A stretch of 64,000 nucleotides of DNA, from positions 85,213 to 149,212 of the forward strand of contig NIVC01002694.1 of assembly GCA_002269645.1 (NCBI GenBank), in the 5' to 3' direction. The notes under the pieces were generated by a model. That model had not been told where the DNA came from. It did no database searches and saw only the letters and a list, made by a program, of their open reading frames with translations. Shown here in pieces: positions 1-12,058 of the stretch (the stretch's first letter is position 1; the number at the start of each line of letters is the position of its first letter). This stretch comes from Macrostomum lignano (taxonomy: Eukaryota). A program made the position numbers and the translations under genes.

Positions 1-1523
1 GGCGTGAATATGTTATTGACGGGGTCAGCTGCGACCAGTTTGGCTTTCACGTCAGCACCCATGATGCTGGCATTGGCGCCTGAGTCTAGACAGGCCAGAA
101 CTTTAGAGTCTCCTACTCCTAGCTGCACGAAATAGCTAGACTCAAAGGTGTCAGCTGTGTACCCCCCTTGTCGGCATTGTGGATCACTGTCCCCTGGCTG
201 AGGTTGCACATTACAGGCCTTGTCGTGCTGGCGCCCGGGGTCGACCTGGCGCTGGAATTTCACCCTAGTCCCCCTAAGGCGGTGCTGCTCGACTAGGCTA
301 CGCAGGCTGGGAGACAGTTGGCTAATGTGAACGAACAATTTCTCTGGCAGGTGCTCAGATTGGATGAACCCGTAATTCTGAGACCATGTGGCAATGGTTC
401 CTAGTTCAGTCGTGACTTTTCCACGGCTGGGCTGCTGATTTTGGCTCCCCCGGGGCTGCTTTGGCGACTGTGGCCTCGGCGAGGGCGATGGACAGTCAGC
501 GATCAGGTGATCGGTCTGGCCGCATCGATGGCAAGCCCGCGGAGGGCGAGGAGCTGGCCTAGGTTGTCTATAGGTTTGGCTAACTTGTGGTGGGCCCCCA
601 GTGGGCTCTGTGCGAGCGGGCCCCTGATTGGTAGTGACAGGCGGAGTGGTCTGGCTTAATCTATTGGCTTGGTCGGTCACCATCTTCTCAAGCTCAGCGA
701 CCCTCTGTTCTAACGCTTTCTTCTCAGCGTCAGGTTCTATGGCACGAACCTTGGCTATAGTAGAAGGCACGTTCAGAAGCTGGCGGACCCCGACAAGATC
801 TTTGGCCTTCTGCATCAGCTCTTCTGCAGAGGTGGCACTGTCGGTTTCCTGATCCCATAAGAGGAGCTTTTCGGCGAGGTCCTTATCCCTCAGCCCATGG
901 CAGAATCTGGCCTTGAGTAGGGGCTTCGCTTCAGCGAGCGAGAGACCCGCTAGTCTAGAATAGGAGACCAGTCTGTCGAAGAAATCAGACATCTGCTCAT
1001 TATGAGATTGGGCGGCAGCAACTAATTCTACGTAGGCCTTGTCCTTCTTCTTGGCATCGGTGTACCTTTCCCTGAGCAGCCGAAGCGCAGATTCGAAAGG
1101 CAACTGGTCACACCGGTAATTAAGATATACCTCTTGGCATTCGGCTGACAGCAAAGATACGAGAATGGCGGACTTCTGGTCCTCAGGAACGCGGCAAGTG
1201 GCTAGATACGAAGTAAGCTGAGCTTCCCACGTATCAAAGTTCATCTTCGGCTGATAAGCGATTGGAGGGCGAAGGCGTATGTCTGGCTTCGCAGGCGGCG
1301 AGGAATTTGGCGCTAATGGCGAGGAAACAGCGAGACGCTCTTCGAGCATCCGGTGAAGAGAGGCTAAGGTTTGAGTCAACAAGAGTTGCTCACTAGGAGC
1401 TGGCGCGGCGGCAGCAGCTGCGCCTGCTGGCTGCTCGCCGGCATCGACTGCGTCCTGATCTGGCACGGCGGCATCTCCGTCAGCCAATGACGCTGCGGCA
1501 TGGTTGTCCCCGTTGTCGGACAT
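1..1523 (-). CDS. Gypsy Gag-(CCHC)-cold-shock domain-aspartic protease polyprotein, 5' part (continues beyond window start)
   Basis: Hand translation from ATG at 1523 (MSDNGDNHAA...) is open down to base 1. Gag-like segment FDTWEAQLTSYLATCRVPEDQKSAILVSLL; zinc knuckle CHRCGQTDHLIADC (492-533); CSD-like ELGTIATWSQNYGFIQSEHLPEKLFVHISQL...GTRVKFQRQVDPGRQHDKACNV (201-407); retropepsin motif CLDSGANASIM (catalytic Asp at 84-86). Confidence 0.93.
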   Translation of the reverse strand, partial: MSDNGDNHAAASLADGDAAVPDQDAVDAGEQPAGAAAAAAPAPSEQLLLTQTLASLHRMLEERLAVSSPLAPNSSPPAKPDIRLRPPIAYQPKMNFDTWEAQLTSYLATCRVPEDQKSAILVSLLSAECQEVYLNYRCDQLPFESALRLLRERYTDAKKKDKAYVELVAAAQSHNEQMSDFFDRLVSYSRLAGLSLAEAKPLLKARFCHGLRDKDLAEKLLLWDQETDSATSAEELMQKAKDLVGVRQLLNVPSTIAKVRAIEPDAEKKALEQRVAELEKMVTDQANRLSQTTPPVTTNQGPARTEPTGGPPQVSQTYRQPRPAPRPPRACHRCGQTDHLIADCPSPSPRPQSPKQPRGSQNQQPSRGKVTTELGTIATWSQNYGFIQSEHLPEKLFVHISQLSPSLRSLVEQHRLRGTRVKFQRQVDPGRQHDKACNVQPQPGDSDPQCRQGGYTADTFESSYFVQLGVGDSKVLACLDSGANASIMGADVKAKLVAADPVNNIFT

Positions 1524-1913
1524 TGTGTAAGGTTGAGTGAGACAAATGAATCAAGCGTGAACGAAAATAAGGCTCCAGAGAAAACGAATTGAGGTTGATG
1601 ACGCGAGAGAGACGAGAGAGATTGCGTCCTACTAACAAAATACGTGCCTGACAGGGGCAAACCGCAAAAAGCCTATAATAGGGGAGAGTCCTATCACGCA
1701 AACCACCCAGACTAACTGTCAGGCAATAGTCCCTACAAACAATCAGCGCACAGCGTAACCTGGCGTGGCTTGGCACACGCAGCGGAGCTATCTTGGCAGA
1801 GCGTAAGCTCGAGCTCAACGCAGTTGACAGCGCGCGTTGCTCAGGGCGACGACCAGCGACGACTCGCGGCGACGAGCGAAGACCGGCCGAGCAGTCAGGA
1901 CCCCTGGGCCTGA

Positions 1914-2068
1914 CGTGGCACAGGCTCTCGCAGCCTTGCGGACCGAACCTCAGGCGTGGCACAGGCTCTCGTAGCCTTGCGGACCGAACCTCAGGCGTGG
2001 CACAGGCTCTCGTAGCCTTGCGGACCGAACCTCAGGCGTGGCACAGGCTCTCGCAGCCTTGCGGACCG
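1914..2068. repeat. 41-bp tandem repeat (~4 copies) in the retrotransposon leader
   Basis: Unit CGTGGCACAGGCTCTCGTAGCCTTGCGGACCGAACCTCAGG; CAGGCTCTC recurs at 1921, 1962, 2003 and 2044. Confidence 0.9.
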
Positions 2069-2221
2069 TCAGGCAGAAACGTGGCAGGCCGGCACTCAGT
2101 CACGAGCCGGCAGAGCTGAGCAGAATCTTGCTGACGCTTGGTTGCGAGCTGGCAGGGCTGAGCAGAAGTCTTGATGGCGCTGATTACGAGCTGGCAGGGC
2201 TGAGCAGAAGTCTTGATGGCA

Positions 2222-2409
2222 CTGACTTAGTTGCGAGCCGGCAGTGCTGAGTAGGAGTCTCGGTGGTGCTGACTTAGTTGCGAGCCGGCAGTGCTGAGTA
2301 GGAGTCTCGGTGGTGCTGACTTAGTTGCGAGCCGGCAGTGCTGAGTAGGAGTCTCGGTGGTGCTGACTTAGTTGCGAGCCGGCAGTGCTGAGTAGGAATC
2401 TCGGTGGGA
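2222..2409. repeat. 47-bp tandem repeat (4 copies) whose last copy merges into the PBS
   Basis: Unit CTGACTTAGTTGCGAGCCGGCAGTGCTGAGTAGGAGTCTCGGTGGTG; more diverged relatives lie at ~2105-2220. Confidence 0.9.
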
Positions 2410-2415
2410 CCTCCA
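2397..2415 (-). promoter_or_regulatory. Primer-binding site complementary to the tRNA-Gln 3' end
   Basis: Plus strand AATCTCGGTGGGACCTCCA matches the 3' end plus CCA of metazoan tRNA-Gln (…TCTCGGTGGGACCT-CCA). It reads TGGAGGTCCCACCGAGATT on the element strand, directly after the LTR. Confidence 0.85.
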
Positions 2416-2421
2416 AAATTA

Positions 2422-3247
2422 TGTCACGTTATTGGCGTAGCGGCCAGCTATGCGGTGACCCTTAAAAGGGCCGTTTTAGTCCCAAAATAAGTTGAAGTCA
2501 ATTCTTGTAAAGCGGATTTTGTAGCGGAGCACTTGGCGATAAAGGCAGGAACTGCCGTAGTTGTCTTTATTGTTAATATCAGTATTAAGTTGGTTGTTAC
2601 TGGCAATAAACAGACTATAGCTTTCTGGGCACTGGCGGCTGCAGCAATGGGTTGAATATAATTTGGATATGAAGTCAAGTGGCAGGCGAATGACACAATG
2701 GCGACGTGACGTGAGCAGTGGCTATGAGCACCGTGAAGGCAGTGAAACGTAGTGGTGAGTAGGCGTCGGTCGTGGCGTGAAACAGTCAAGTAAGTGTGTG
2801 AGCAGGCTGGCCCAGACAGAAGGGCCGTGGTGAGAAATAAGGAGGCTCGAGGCAGCCAGACAAACAGATAAGACAGCTAAGAGGCCGCAGGGAAGGAAAC
2901 AAGGAACAGGCGGGGAGAGACGAAAAAGGGTGAGGGGTGCCCGCCGCCAGGCGGGGGGTTTAATAAAAGAGCGCAGAGGGGGTAGCGCGAGCACGAGTGA
3001 TTTCATTGGCTGGCGAGAGAACTTAAAATTATCGATCGTGCCAATTTTATACGGTTGCGAGAGAGGATAGCAAAATATACAATGAATTATAAATTGCCAC
3101 AAAATCGTTGGGCACTACTACAAGTAAACGTCGCAATAAACGAATGGAAAAGTTTAGTTGAAACGGTGAAACTGAAGGGTTGAATGACTATGGAGAACAG
3201 CAGTCCAACGGCCCTTTTCGGGACCACCTTAAACTGACAACGTCACA
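2422..3247 (-). mobile_element. 5' LTR (~826 bp) of the Gypsy element
   Basis: On the minus strand it begins TGTGACG (3247) and ends CGTGACA (2422), an imperfect TG...CA inverted terminus. It ends 6 nt before the PBS and contains a minus-strand AATAAA near 2555. The second LTR is outside the window, so the boundaries cannot be cross-checked. Confidence 0.75.
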
Positions 3248-6200
3248 GTAGTAAGTAAATCAGGTAAGATTAATCCGCTAGATAAAAGAACATAAAGAGA
3301 AATAGCCGGAGACCAAGAAGGGTCTTACACCCCCAGCCCCACCTTGTGACCCGTTGTGGAAATCTATAATTTTGCTTCAGGCCAAAATGCTTTGCCCCCC
3401 TCCACACCATAAAACCCATGGCGACGGCCCTACTTAACTTGTCAATTGGTTTCTCAAAAAAGTGCAGAGCTGAATTACTAAATTATAGTTGAAGTTCTTT
3501 CAAAATTTCAGTTTCATATCGAAAGAATGAGAAGGAAATTAACGCATTTTAAGGAAATACATCGGTATAATATAATTTGCCTTAGCTACAAAACATGAGC
3601 TCAGAATCCAACTGGTTCATAGCTATTGGACAATTGCAAGGACAATGGCAATTAAAGTATGGTCGCAGGTGAATATTTATTACTTTCTAATATTATAATC
3701 AATGACACCAATATGAATAAAATTTAATAATGCATATATAAAAGTGTAAATGCCTTTCAAATAAACAAGCTGGGATGAAATGCATATTTGCCTAGTGGCT
3801 AATATGCATTATCCATTCAATATTGACCACGCAGCCATGGGGCTTTTAATAGGTGTTCCCAACATCCCACACTAAAAGGATTTCTCTGTTCTCAATCGAT
3901 ATGATTAAAAAATAGTTAAGGGACAATAGAAGGTGCATGAATCCCTCCGCGTTTGCTAAGGTGACTATTCCAGTAATAAAGACGCGCATGCAGTACCTGT
4001 AATCGTAGGTTTGATTTTTAGTTCCTAATTGCACAGAGGAATCGTATTTAGCAAATTTGCTGCTAGTTTAAGTGCGTCACGTGATCGATTGAAAAATGTA
4101 AACAATTAAAGCAAAGATAAAACTACGCTCGTAATCGTATTAGTTTAAACTTATTTTAGAGTCTACAAAAATATTTCCAAAAAACAGAAAAACCAAATTG
4201 ACCAAAAAATGCTAAAGCAATGCAAAATAATTGGATTTAAATGATCAATATTGGCTATGAAAATGCTGATAGCCATGATATGCTAATGGAGAGAAGGAGC
4301 AGAGGTATGATTCGATGGAAGTTGGTGACATCGTAAGGCATTCTGGGCTTGGCCGAATCAATACAGCATCGATCCGATTTGATTTTGGTTTTTTGATTTT
4401 ATTTCGAATGGCTCGATTCTATGTATACTACTGACAGTGCACTATAAGAGAGATTGAACCAGCAATTTAGCGGGCAGTTAATGGTATATTGAGTACAATG
4501 AGTGCATTGTCTAGCAATACAATGAGTGCATTGTCTAGCAATTTTACAATCATTATTCACATTTTTATGCAGAACAATATATTACTACAAAAATGCATTG
4601 TTTAGCAATTTGAAGATCACTATTCACATTTTTAATGCAGAACAATCCATTACTACTACAAACAATACATTGTTTGTAGGATCGTCAAGCAGCATAACAA
4701 TGCAAAAAATCAGCGGTCGCAGCACGCGACAACGATTTGTCCTACTATATCAAGCATTAATAATAACCACATATCCTTAACTAAAAAAATAGAATTTTTT
4801 AAGCCACAAAAAGCTGATAAAAAGATTTTAGTTTGTTTAATCGTCGCTCGCGCCTACCGGCGCTCGCCAGACAATCGTTGTCACGCACTGGGACCGCTGA
4901 TTATTTTATTGATCCATTGACTAGTGTTTCCCTATAGACTAGTCTATGGTCTGGAGAGACAATAACACGCAGCCTTGGAAGAACTTCTTGGGGTGGGGAG
5001 TTTATGGCCATAGACATTTTCTGCCCGAAAATTTGTGGGCATTGAATGACAGTTTTGACTTTGACTTAGACCTTAAATGTAGTCTATTCGTACATATAAT
5101 ATATTAATATAGTTAGGCTGTCTTGGGCAGAAATGAGCTGTCTTGGGCTTCGCGCCTCGTCTGTTTCGCTCATTTCTGCCCTCAACAGCCTAACTATATT
5201 AGTATTGTAGCCAATCTAAGCCTGCCAACGCAGCGGGCGAGAAATACCATTTCACCCCCGCTGAATCCATTCTATGGTCAAATTCCACTTGAAGTAAGCT
5301 ATTGGCTTCATTTCTCGCCCGCTTCTTCTTCACTTGTCTATGACCTAAGCACTCGAGACCTGTCATATTAAGTCATGTTGAAGTCATGTTAGAAAGAAAA
5401 ATCCATCGTGTTTTTATTCCTTTACTGTTTGTTGAATATGCTGCGTTATTCTTCAATACGCGAAGACGAAATTAGTGGATTGAGCTCAGATGAGCTCGAT
5501 TTCATCACGCATCTCGATCCTCGGGACCATGTCGACAGAATCGGTCAATGGACAGGGCTGACGGATGAGCAAGAGAGGCTAATTGATGAGGAACTACGCA
5601 ATCCTACACCGGAAGATCACGTTGGAAACCTGTTTCGTGAATTGACACACTATTATTCGTCGACTGGCTGTTCCAGGCCGGTCTGAAACAAGCTTTACCG
5701 GATCGAACAGGTCGGTTGTATCGACTGGAGACGTAATCGAGAGATCGGCTACCGACTACTCTATTGCAGTCGGTAGTTCCCAGAGTGCAAGCTCACTGTT
5801 TGTAAATTGCAAGTTTGAAAAATGTACGTTTAATTTTAATCAATCAAATTAAGGTCAGAAGGTATTCCGCGTGAGAAATCTAAAGACTTTCAACGGACTA
5901 TATATCTAATGTTTATCTCATGTTAATGTTAATATCTCATGTTAATGCAAATATTAGCTCAAAATATACACATAGTTTCTTTGTGCCCCTTGGGGCCATA
6001 GACAACTTTTGCTGGCGGGCAGACATCGTTGCTTTCACCCTCGTTTCGGCAGGCTTAGGACTGCTACAATAAAGGTGATTGATTGTCTGCCGGGCAAAAA
6101 AGATCATGGCACAATCGGACTTCTGTCCAAGGCAATCCTCTATGGTTGCGACCATTGCAGTCTGTCCTAACTTTCGAACTCGTTGCTGATAATGGTACGG

Positions 6201-8112
6201 GCAAATGCAAACGACTCATTACACAATATTTTAAATTCACTAAGTGAACAATTACATTGTATACTCAGCAACATTGAAAAGTCGCCACGCCAAAGTCAGC
6301 ATCTATCACCTGGCCAACCATTTTAATAACTAAGCTAGAATTTACTGCACACTTTCAAAGGTGGCGACTTTTTAATGTTTTTGAGTATAATTCTTGACAA
6401 AAGAATTGTCATAAGCGATTTGATTTATGCTTCCTATTACACAAAGGTAAAACACAATGCACTTTTCACATTAAATATATCACCTTTGAGCATTTCTAAT
6501 CTATACTTTAAAATTATTGGAGTCATGCCTATTCAATATCTTTTCGTGGTCCTTGTGTCTTCTGTTGGTTGTCCTTAATCCTTAATCTCAGTTAGTCCGA
6601 ATTATCATTTGATGTCAATTTCATTGTTGAGCAGTCATTTTGTAATTGAGACTGTCACAAATTTAAGCAGCTTTATGGCTATTGAGGTCTATTATCGTCA
6701 AGGTTTACTATGGTGATTAAGGCTAATTATTTTAGTTTGATCGTTAGCTAGTCGCATTTGCTATTGCTACTGCTATTTACTGTGCTGTTTAACTATATCT
6801 ATTGCTGCCGTTATTGTTAGGGAAATGAAGAGTATAGGACTTCCGCCTCTGCAGACTAAATTGCGATGCGTTTTAAACAAACGCTTCCATCTTGTTTTGT
6901 CGCAGGCCTGAGCTGGCGAAATCCCTAATCCGGAAATTTTACACTACTAATTTAAAAAAATTACACAGAATTAAAAACTACCTTAAAACTGTGTCGCAAA
7001 TTTAGAAACTGACGTCAATAAAAACAGATAGATACTGGATACAGGATGCTACATATATTTCATTGCTGCATTAAAATAATAAAAATAACCGCTTCAGGAC
7101 GGAAAACGTCAATGGATTGTAAAAGTCTTATAACTCAATTTGGCACATATTTTTTGGCTCTAAACTTTGGTGACGTCAATAGAATGATAGGCAAAAATTG
7201 CAATTGCAATTGTCACGAAAAAGTATACATAAAAGTGCAGATGTAAACTCGTAAAAGTGGCTAATTATTAGATAAAAATTGATTGATAAGAAGCATAAAC
7301 TTAGAAAAGCCACAGAAAAAAGTCACAGCAGCTTACACGACACTTCAAAACGAACGCAAAATTTGTGCAAAGAAAACAATTCTTGTTACAAGCTTCTTAA
7401 AAAATAATACTTGTATGAAACACAGTTAAGGATGTTAAAAGTCCATCAATAAATTCACACTATTTATTATTATTATAACAAACCAAGATTCTTCAGCTGA
7501 AATAAAATAAATAATACTCTGAACATGAGAGGTCAAAACCAAATAAAGCTGCTGAGATATTTGTACTATGAGGTACAAAAGAATTCAAAAAGTATAGCCG
7601 ATGCCTTTTAGTCATAGAAAAAAATAAAGCAGTACAGATTAATAAAGTTACTGTAAAGTGTCAAACATGTTTTAAAATGTGCAAAACTACATGGTGCAGC
7701 TGTGAACTATTGATAGGTGTAGGACAAGGTGTCGCAAGAGTAAATTCGATTAGAAAAAAGCTTGTGTTTTAATGTAATAGTAATATCAGACAATTCATAA
7801 GAGATTTTAGATCCCAAAAAACTTAATTCAAAGACAAATATTTTTTAGCCTTTGATTTGGATAAACGAGCAGATGCACAAATTTGAGAATTTTACTAAGC
7901 AGAGCAGTTACTTGTATTGAAATTCCCCGAGTATAAATTATGCGCGGAAAAAGTTGGGTACTGCTAACAGTTCTACATTCGAAATAAAGATTACAACACA
8001 AGCACAATCGATAGTGCTACCAAACACTTAACAGTTATAGAAAAACAACTAACCTAAAAAGTTCCAATTATTAAAGTAATTATTATGGAGAGGTTAAAAA
8101 CCAGCACTTAAT

Positions 8113-9542
8113 TCAACTCGGCTCGGCTAGATCAACTGACGACTTGCGTCTGAAAAAAAGATTTGAAACGTCGTTAGCATATTCTTTACAATACCAAGTT
8201 AAAGGTGACAAAAATTAAGTCGCTACCTGGTGTGCTTACCTGGAAAATAGATAGGTGGCTAGAAACAAAATAGAAAAGAGCACCAGTACTCCACAATAGA
8301 GAAGATTAATTTTGGCATTCCTATCGCTTCGTACAAAGAACCACCCACTACTGGTCCCATAAAAAGGCCGAATGAAGTGGCAGAGTTCGACGTGCTCGAG
8401 ATCAAATTGATAGTGGCAGCGTTGTCTTCAAAGCCATGTCTGCACGCCTCCTCTAAACAAAGTGCGTAGATCGGAACCATTGAAGCGCTAACGCCAATAC
8501 CCATTAATATCAGGCCGGCAATCAAAGTCACGAGGCCGAAGCGAACTGGTATTAGAAGTCGAGGAGGATCAATTAAGAACATGCTTAATGCGCAACACAG
8601 AATACCAAAGAAAGCGATGCCGGCACCCCATTTCATGTAGTCAGATAGATATCCGAACAGAATAGCGCAAAGACTCAAAGAAAAAAACGGAATCATTAGC
8701 AGCAGCCCAATAACGGAATGCGAAAATTCAAATTTATCTAGCAAAAACGGCTCTATCACTACGCATATTGTGTCCTCAAGTATTCCGATGATAAAAAACG
8801 TCAACATAATAACAACTACTAGTGGGATGCGTAAAAAACTGACGAAAGAAACTGGCTTCTCGTGTCCATCATCGCTGACACTTGGAATTACGACAATCGC
8901 TGCAAATGCCAATAGTAAGAGAAGACCGCCAACTGTAAGCAATGGCAGTTTGAACCCACCAACATCAAACAGGACGCCACCAATTCCTGGTCCCAGAGTG
9001 TAACCGATCGATAATCCAGTTTCCACAACGCCATTGACAGTTGACAAACGGTCTGGGAAGACGCTGGCAAGGGTGGCAAAGGCGGCCACGAACAATATAG
9101 AAGCACCAATAGCTGATACGGCACGGAGGATGATGACCAGCACAGCGAATAGAACGCCGTTAGGACAGTACTCCAGAAAGGCGAATAGTAGCCAACAAAC
9201 GCTACTAATCAGAAGTCCTCCCACGAAAAGAATTTTGTTTCCTATTTTAGTGCTAATGAAGACAACAAATGGACTGAATATGAAGTTAACAAGCTCAAAG
9301 ACTCCGAATAGCAGTCCAGAGACAGTTATTGATATTCCTTTGGACAAACATACTCCGGGAAAGAATGGCGAAATCACAGAGGAGGACGCGCATACAAGCA
9401 TGAATGAAAAGAAGCTTGTGGCCAATATTAATATTGAAGAGATGCTGAATCGCGATGGCCTTAGCTTAGTCAAGCAGTGACAACATTGAGACAAGGTGTC
9501 CTCACTTTTCTTATCAACCAATAGAGCTGTCTCCGTGGACAT
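8113..9542 (-). CDS. SLC18B1: MFS transporter SLC18B1-like, copy 1 (1-nt frameshift near C-terminus; exons ~9542-8240 and 8149-8113)
   Basis: 427-aa ORF with ~12 hydrophobic segments and motifs SPFFP, EYCPNG..F..R, GYTLGPGIGGVLFDVGGFKLP. A shift at ~8300 restores ..YCGVLVLFSILFLATYLFSR, matching the paralogs, followed by donor AG|GTAAGC (8239) and acceptor TTTCAG (8150). Real allele versus sequencing error is unresolved. Confidence 0.8.
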
Positions 9543-9914
9543 TGCTGATTATTTACATGTACTGTCTTCGTCCGAAAAGACTGAAATATTAGTCTGGATA
9601 GAACTTTTTCTATGTTATGCTACTGCTGCTAGTTAAAGGCTCTGATCGTCTATTTATAAAAAAAACTAGTTTCTGCTAAATTGGCCTTGAGACTTCAATT
9701 AAAAATGCAGTTTGGCGTTTTTACCGTTGACAAATGTCGATGAACTGTTGAAGGAAAAAAGGTCTACATTACATAAAATTCTTCAAAAGAACACCAAAAC
9801 CTATATATTCCCTTTATATATACACCAGCTATTTTCATACACGTAGACACTATTTAACAGTAGAAACGAGCTACTAAATACTATAACTATAGTTGTACGC
9901 TCGTATCCATATAT

Positions 9915-10836
9915 TGTAGTGACTGGCTGCTAACTAGCTATTCAGCAGCATTCACTAGCTTTCCCTAAGGGTGCTGTGATCCGCTGCACAGTAGCTCAGT
10001 CCACCTGATCTAGTGAGAGAGATACCCTGTGCTGGGCCTAAGTGTTTACTGCCCGATGACTCATCGCCTGAGCAGGCGCGGGCAGCCACACTCAATGTAT
10101 TCCCACTCGCGCTGAGGAGGCGTAGCAGGATAACTCATCACCTGCGCGGAGTGTAAGGGCTGCCTAGAGGGAGTAAACAGGATGACTCATCCGCCCAAGT
10201 TCTATTTTTAGCACAGAAAAGCACGTGACTGTGCACGCACACTGTGCGTGGCCACTGACCTTGAGTCACGCCACTGCTGCGTGACAGGGTTGCCTTATTT
10301 GGAAGTTGGCCTTGAATCACGCGTCGCTCGCATGATTTTAGTGACCAAATAAGGAAGTTTCACGCGCTCACCGCATAAATTCACGTGACTTTTGGGGGTT
10401 CGCTCGGCTATAAATACGGAGCATCTGCGATCCATTATTCTCCAGATCGTGGAGCAACGCGGAGCCGATCGCGTCGTCCTGCCTAGGCTCGACCGGAGCT
10501 GCCTCTCTGCCTCCAAGCTCTCCTCTCTCATTTCAGGTTTTACAGGTTTTCAGGTTCGAGCAGCATTCAACTAAGACGATCGACTGTCGAGACATTTTTC
10601 AGATTTGCCTTTGCTCCGAGCGACTTCGTTATTTTATTTCTGGTGACGGATAGACAACTCTGCCGATGCGTCGAGTCCGCACACCAAGGTGGCAGCAACC
10701 CTACCAAGTCAAGGCTAACGTTTTAGGTTCTTTTTCAGGCAAATCGATAGGTAGTACAACGGTGCTATCTAGCTACTTCAGGAGCAGCGGGTTCTAATTC
10801 TAGAACACCTTCAAGAACCCGAGGAGTAGTACTTCA
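9915..10836 (+). mobile_element. Solo LTR (~922 bp) with 4-bp target-site duplication ATAT
   Basis: Starts TGTAGT, ends ACTTCA, flanked by ATAT at 9911-9914 and 10837-10840. GC-richer than its flanks; TATAAAT at 10409; no coding capacity. Orientation is inferred from the TATA box only. Confidence 0.75.
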
Positions 10837-12058
10837 ATATCTATAAAATTTCAAGTCGAATCTATTGCTACTTCAAAATTCAAACAAAAAATACAAAAAG
10901 TAAATAAAAAAGCTGCAAAATTAGTTGCAGCAAAAACTTGTATACTTTTTTAAAATCTAAAAACGTAATTTTGTCAATTATAAATTTGCTATTGTGAAAA
11001 CAATTCTGAGACAAAGCAATAAGCAGAAAGTGAGCAATTGAAGATTATAAAATGAGTAGTCGAAGTTTTTTCGTGGATATAACAAAATCAATTTATTGTA
11101 AAGGGCATCAACTTGCGCCATTTGTGTTTCCCGTAGCAAAGCAATAGAATTCGAAGAATTTTTGAGACAGAAATTTGCAATAAAACAGCTGCATATGTAC
11201 ACAATTACTACTCGTAGAATACATTTAATATACGCACACTACGCAGTAAATATAAATTTTCTTTGAAAAAAATAAAAGCACAGCAAACTAAAAAGGCACT
11301 AATAAAATGGTGTCACTGCAGACACTGAGTTTAAAGTGTAGAAAAATTGGCACAATGGAATGAAACAAAAACAGTGTAAAATTCCTAACTATATAATATT
11401 ATCGATATTCAAACGGTAAAACGGCAAGCACAGAAGTAGGCATTTCAACAAGTACAGGGTTTTGTGTAGATCGAAAATATTAGAAGCACAATCTGATTAA
11501 GTGATGTTAAAATTCTAGCTTAAACAGGAGTTAGTATGCGCATTAGTATGCGCATTATTATTATAAAATGCGCATACTAAGGCCGCAGATTATTTCTGAT
11601 CTTATTTAAGGCAAATTAATACGAAAAAATGGGTAAATAAAAATATTCGTTCGATGTAACGTTCGATATAATCTCGTGTGCAAACCGAGTATTCAAGTTT
11701 TTTCAGTACCAATTTAAAGCCTAAGGGCCTCAGGAGTTTCTACTGTCTCAATTTCCTTGAGTCAATAGGTAAAATACTTTATCCTCTGCAGTAATTTAGG
11801 TTTTTAAAACTTTATCCGAGATTTCCTGTTGAAATTTATCACGGGGAGCACTTTAATAGCTAAGAGTACGGGTACTCTAAGGTAGGAAATTATAACTTCT
11901 CCGACACGAGCTCATTCTACTTAAGTCATTTTAATAAATCATTAAATGTTCAGCGTTAAAGAAAAGTAGCTTCAGAATCAGCTGAAAATCTATTAAGGAT
12001 TACAATATACCTTATAGGACATAGTTTCGCACAATAGAAGTATATTGATATTTTATAA

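Larger units (their letters stand above)
1..3247 (-). mobile_element. Ty3/Gypsy LTR retrotransposon, 5' portion (LTR, PBS, long leader, gag-pro)
   Basis: LTR, PBS and gag-protease ORF occur in canonical order on the minus strand. The ORF is uninterrupted, suggesting a young copy. Confidence 0.9.

Noticed and set aside
2397-2415. tRNA-Gln gene
   Set aside because: Only the 3'-terminal 19 nt including CCA are present, next to an LTR end; this is a PBS, not a tRNA gene.
5408-5830. 92-aa acidic ORF with a downstream Cys-containing fragment
   Set aside because: No recognisable domain and broken by stops and frameshifts; probably a decayed transposon fragment that I cannot assign.
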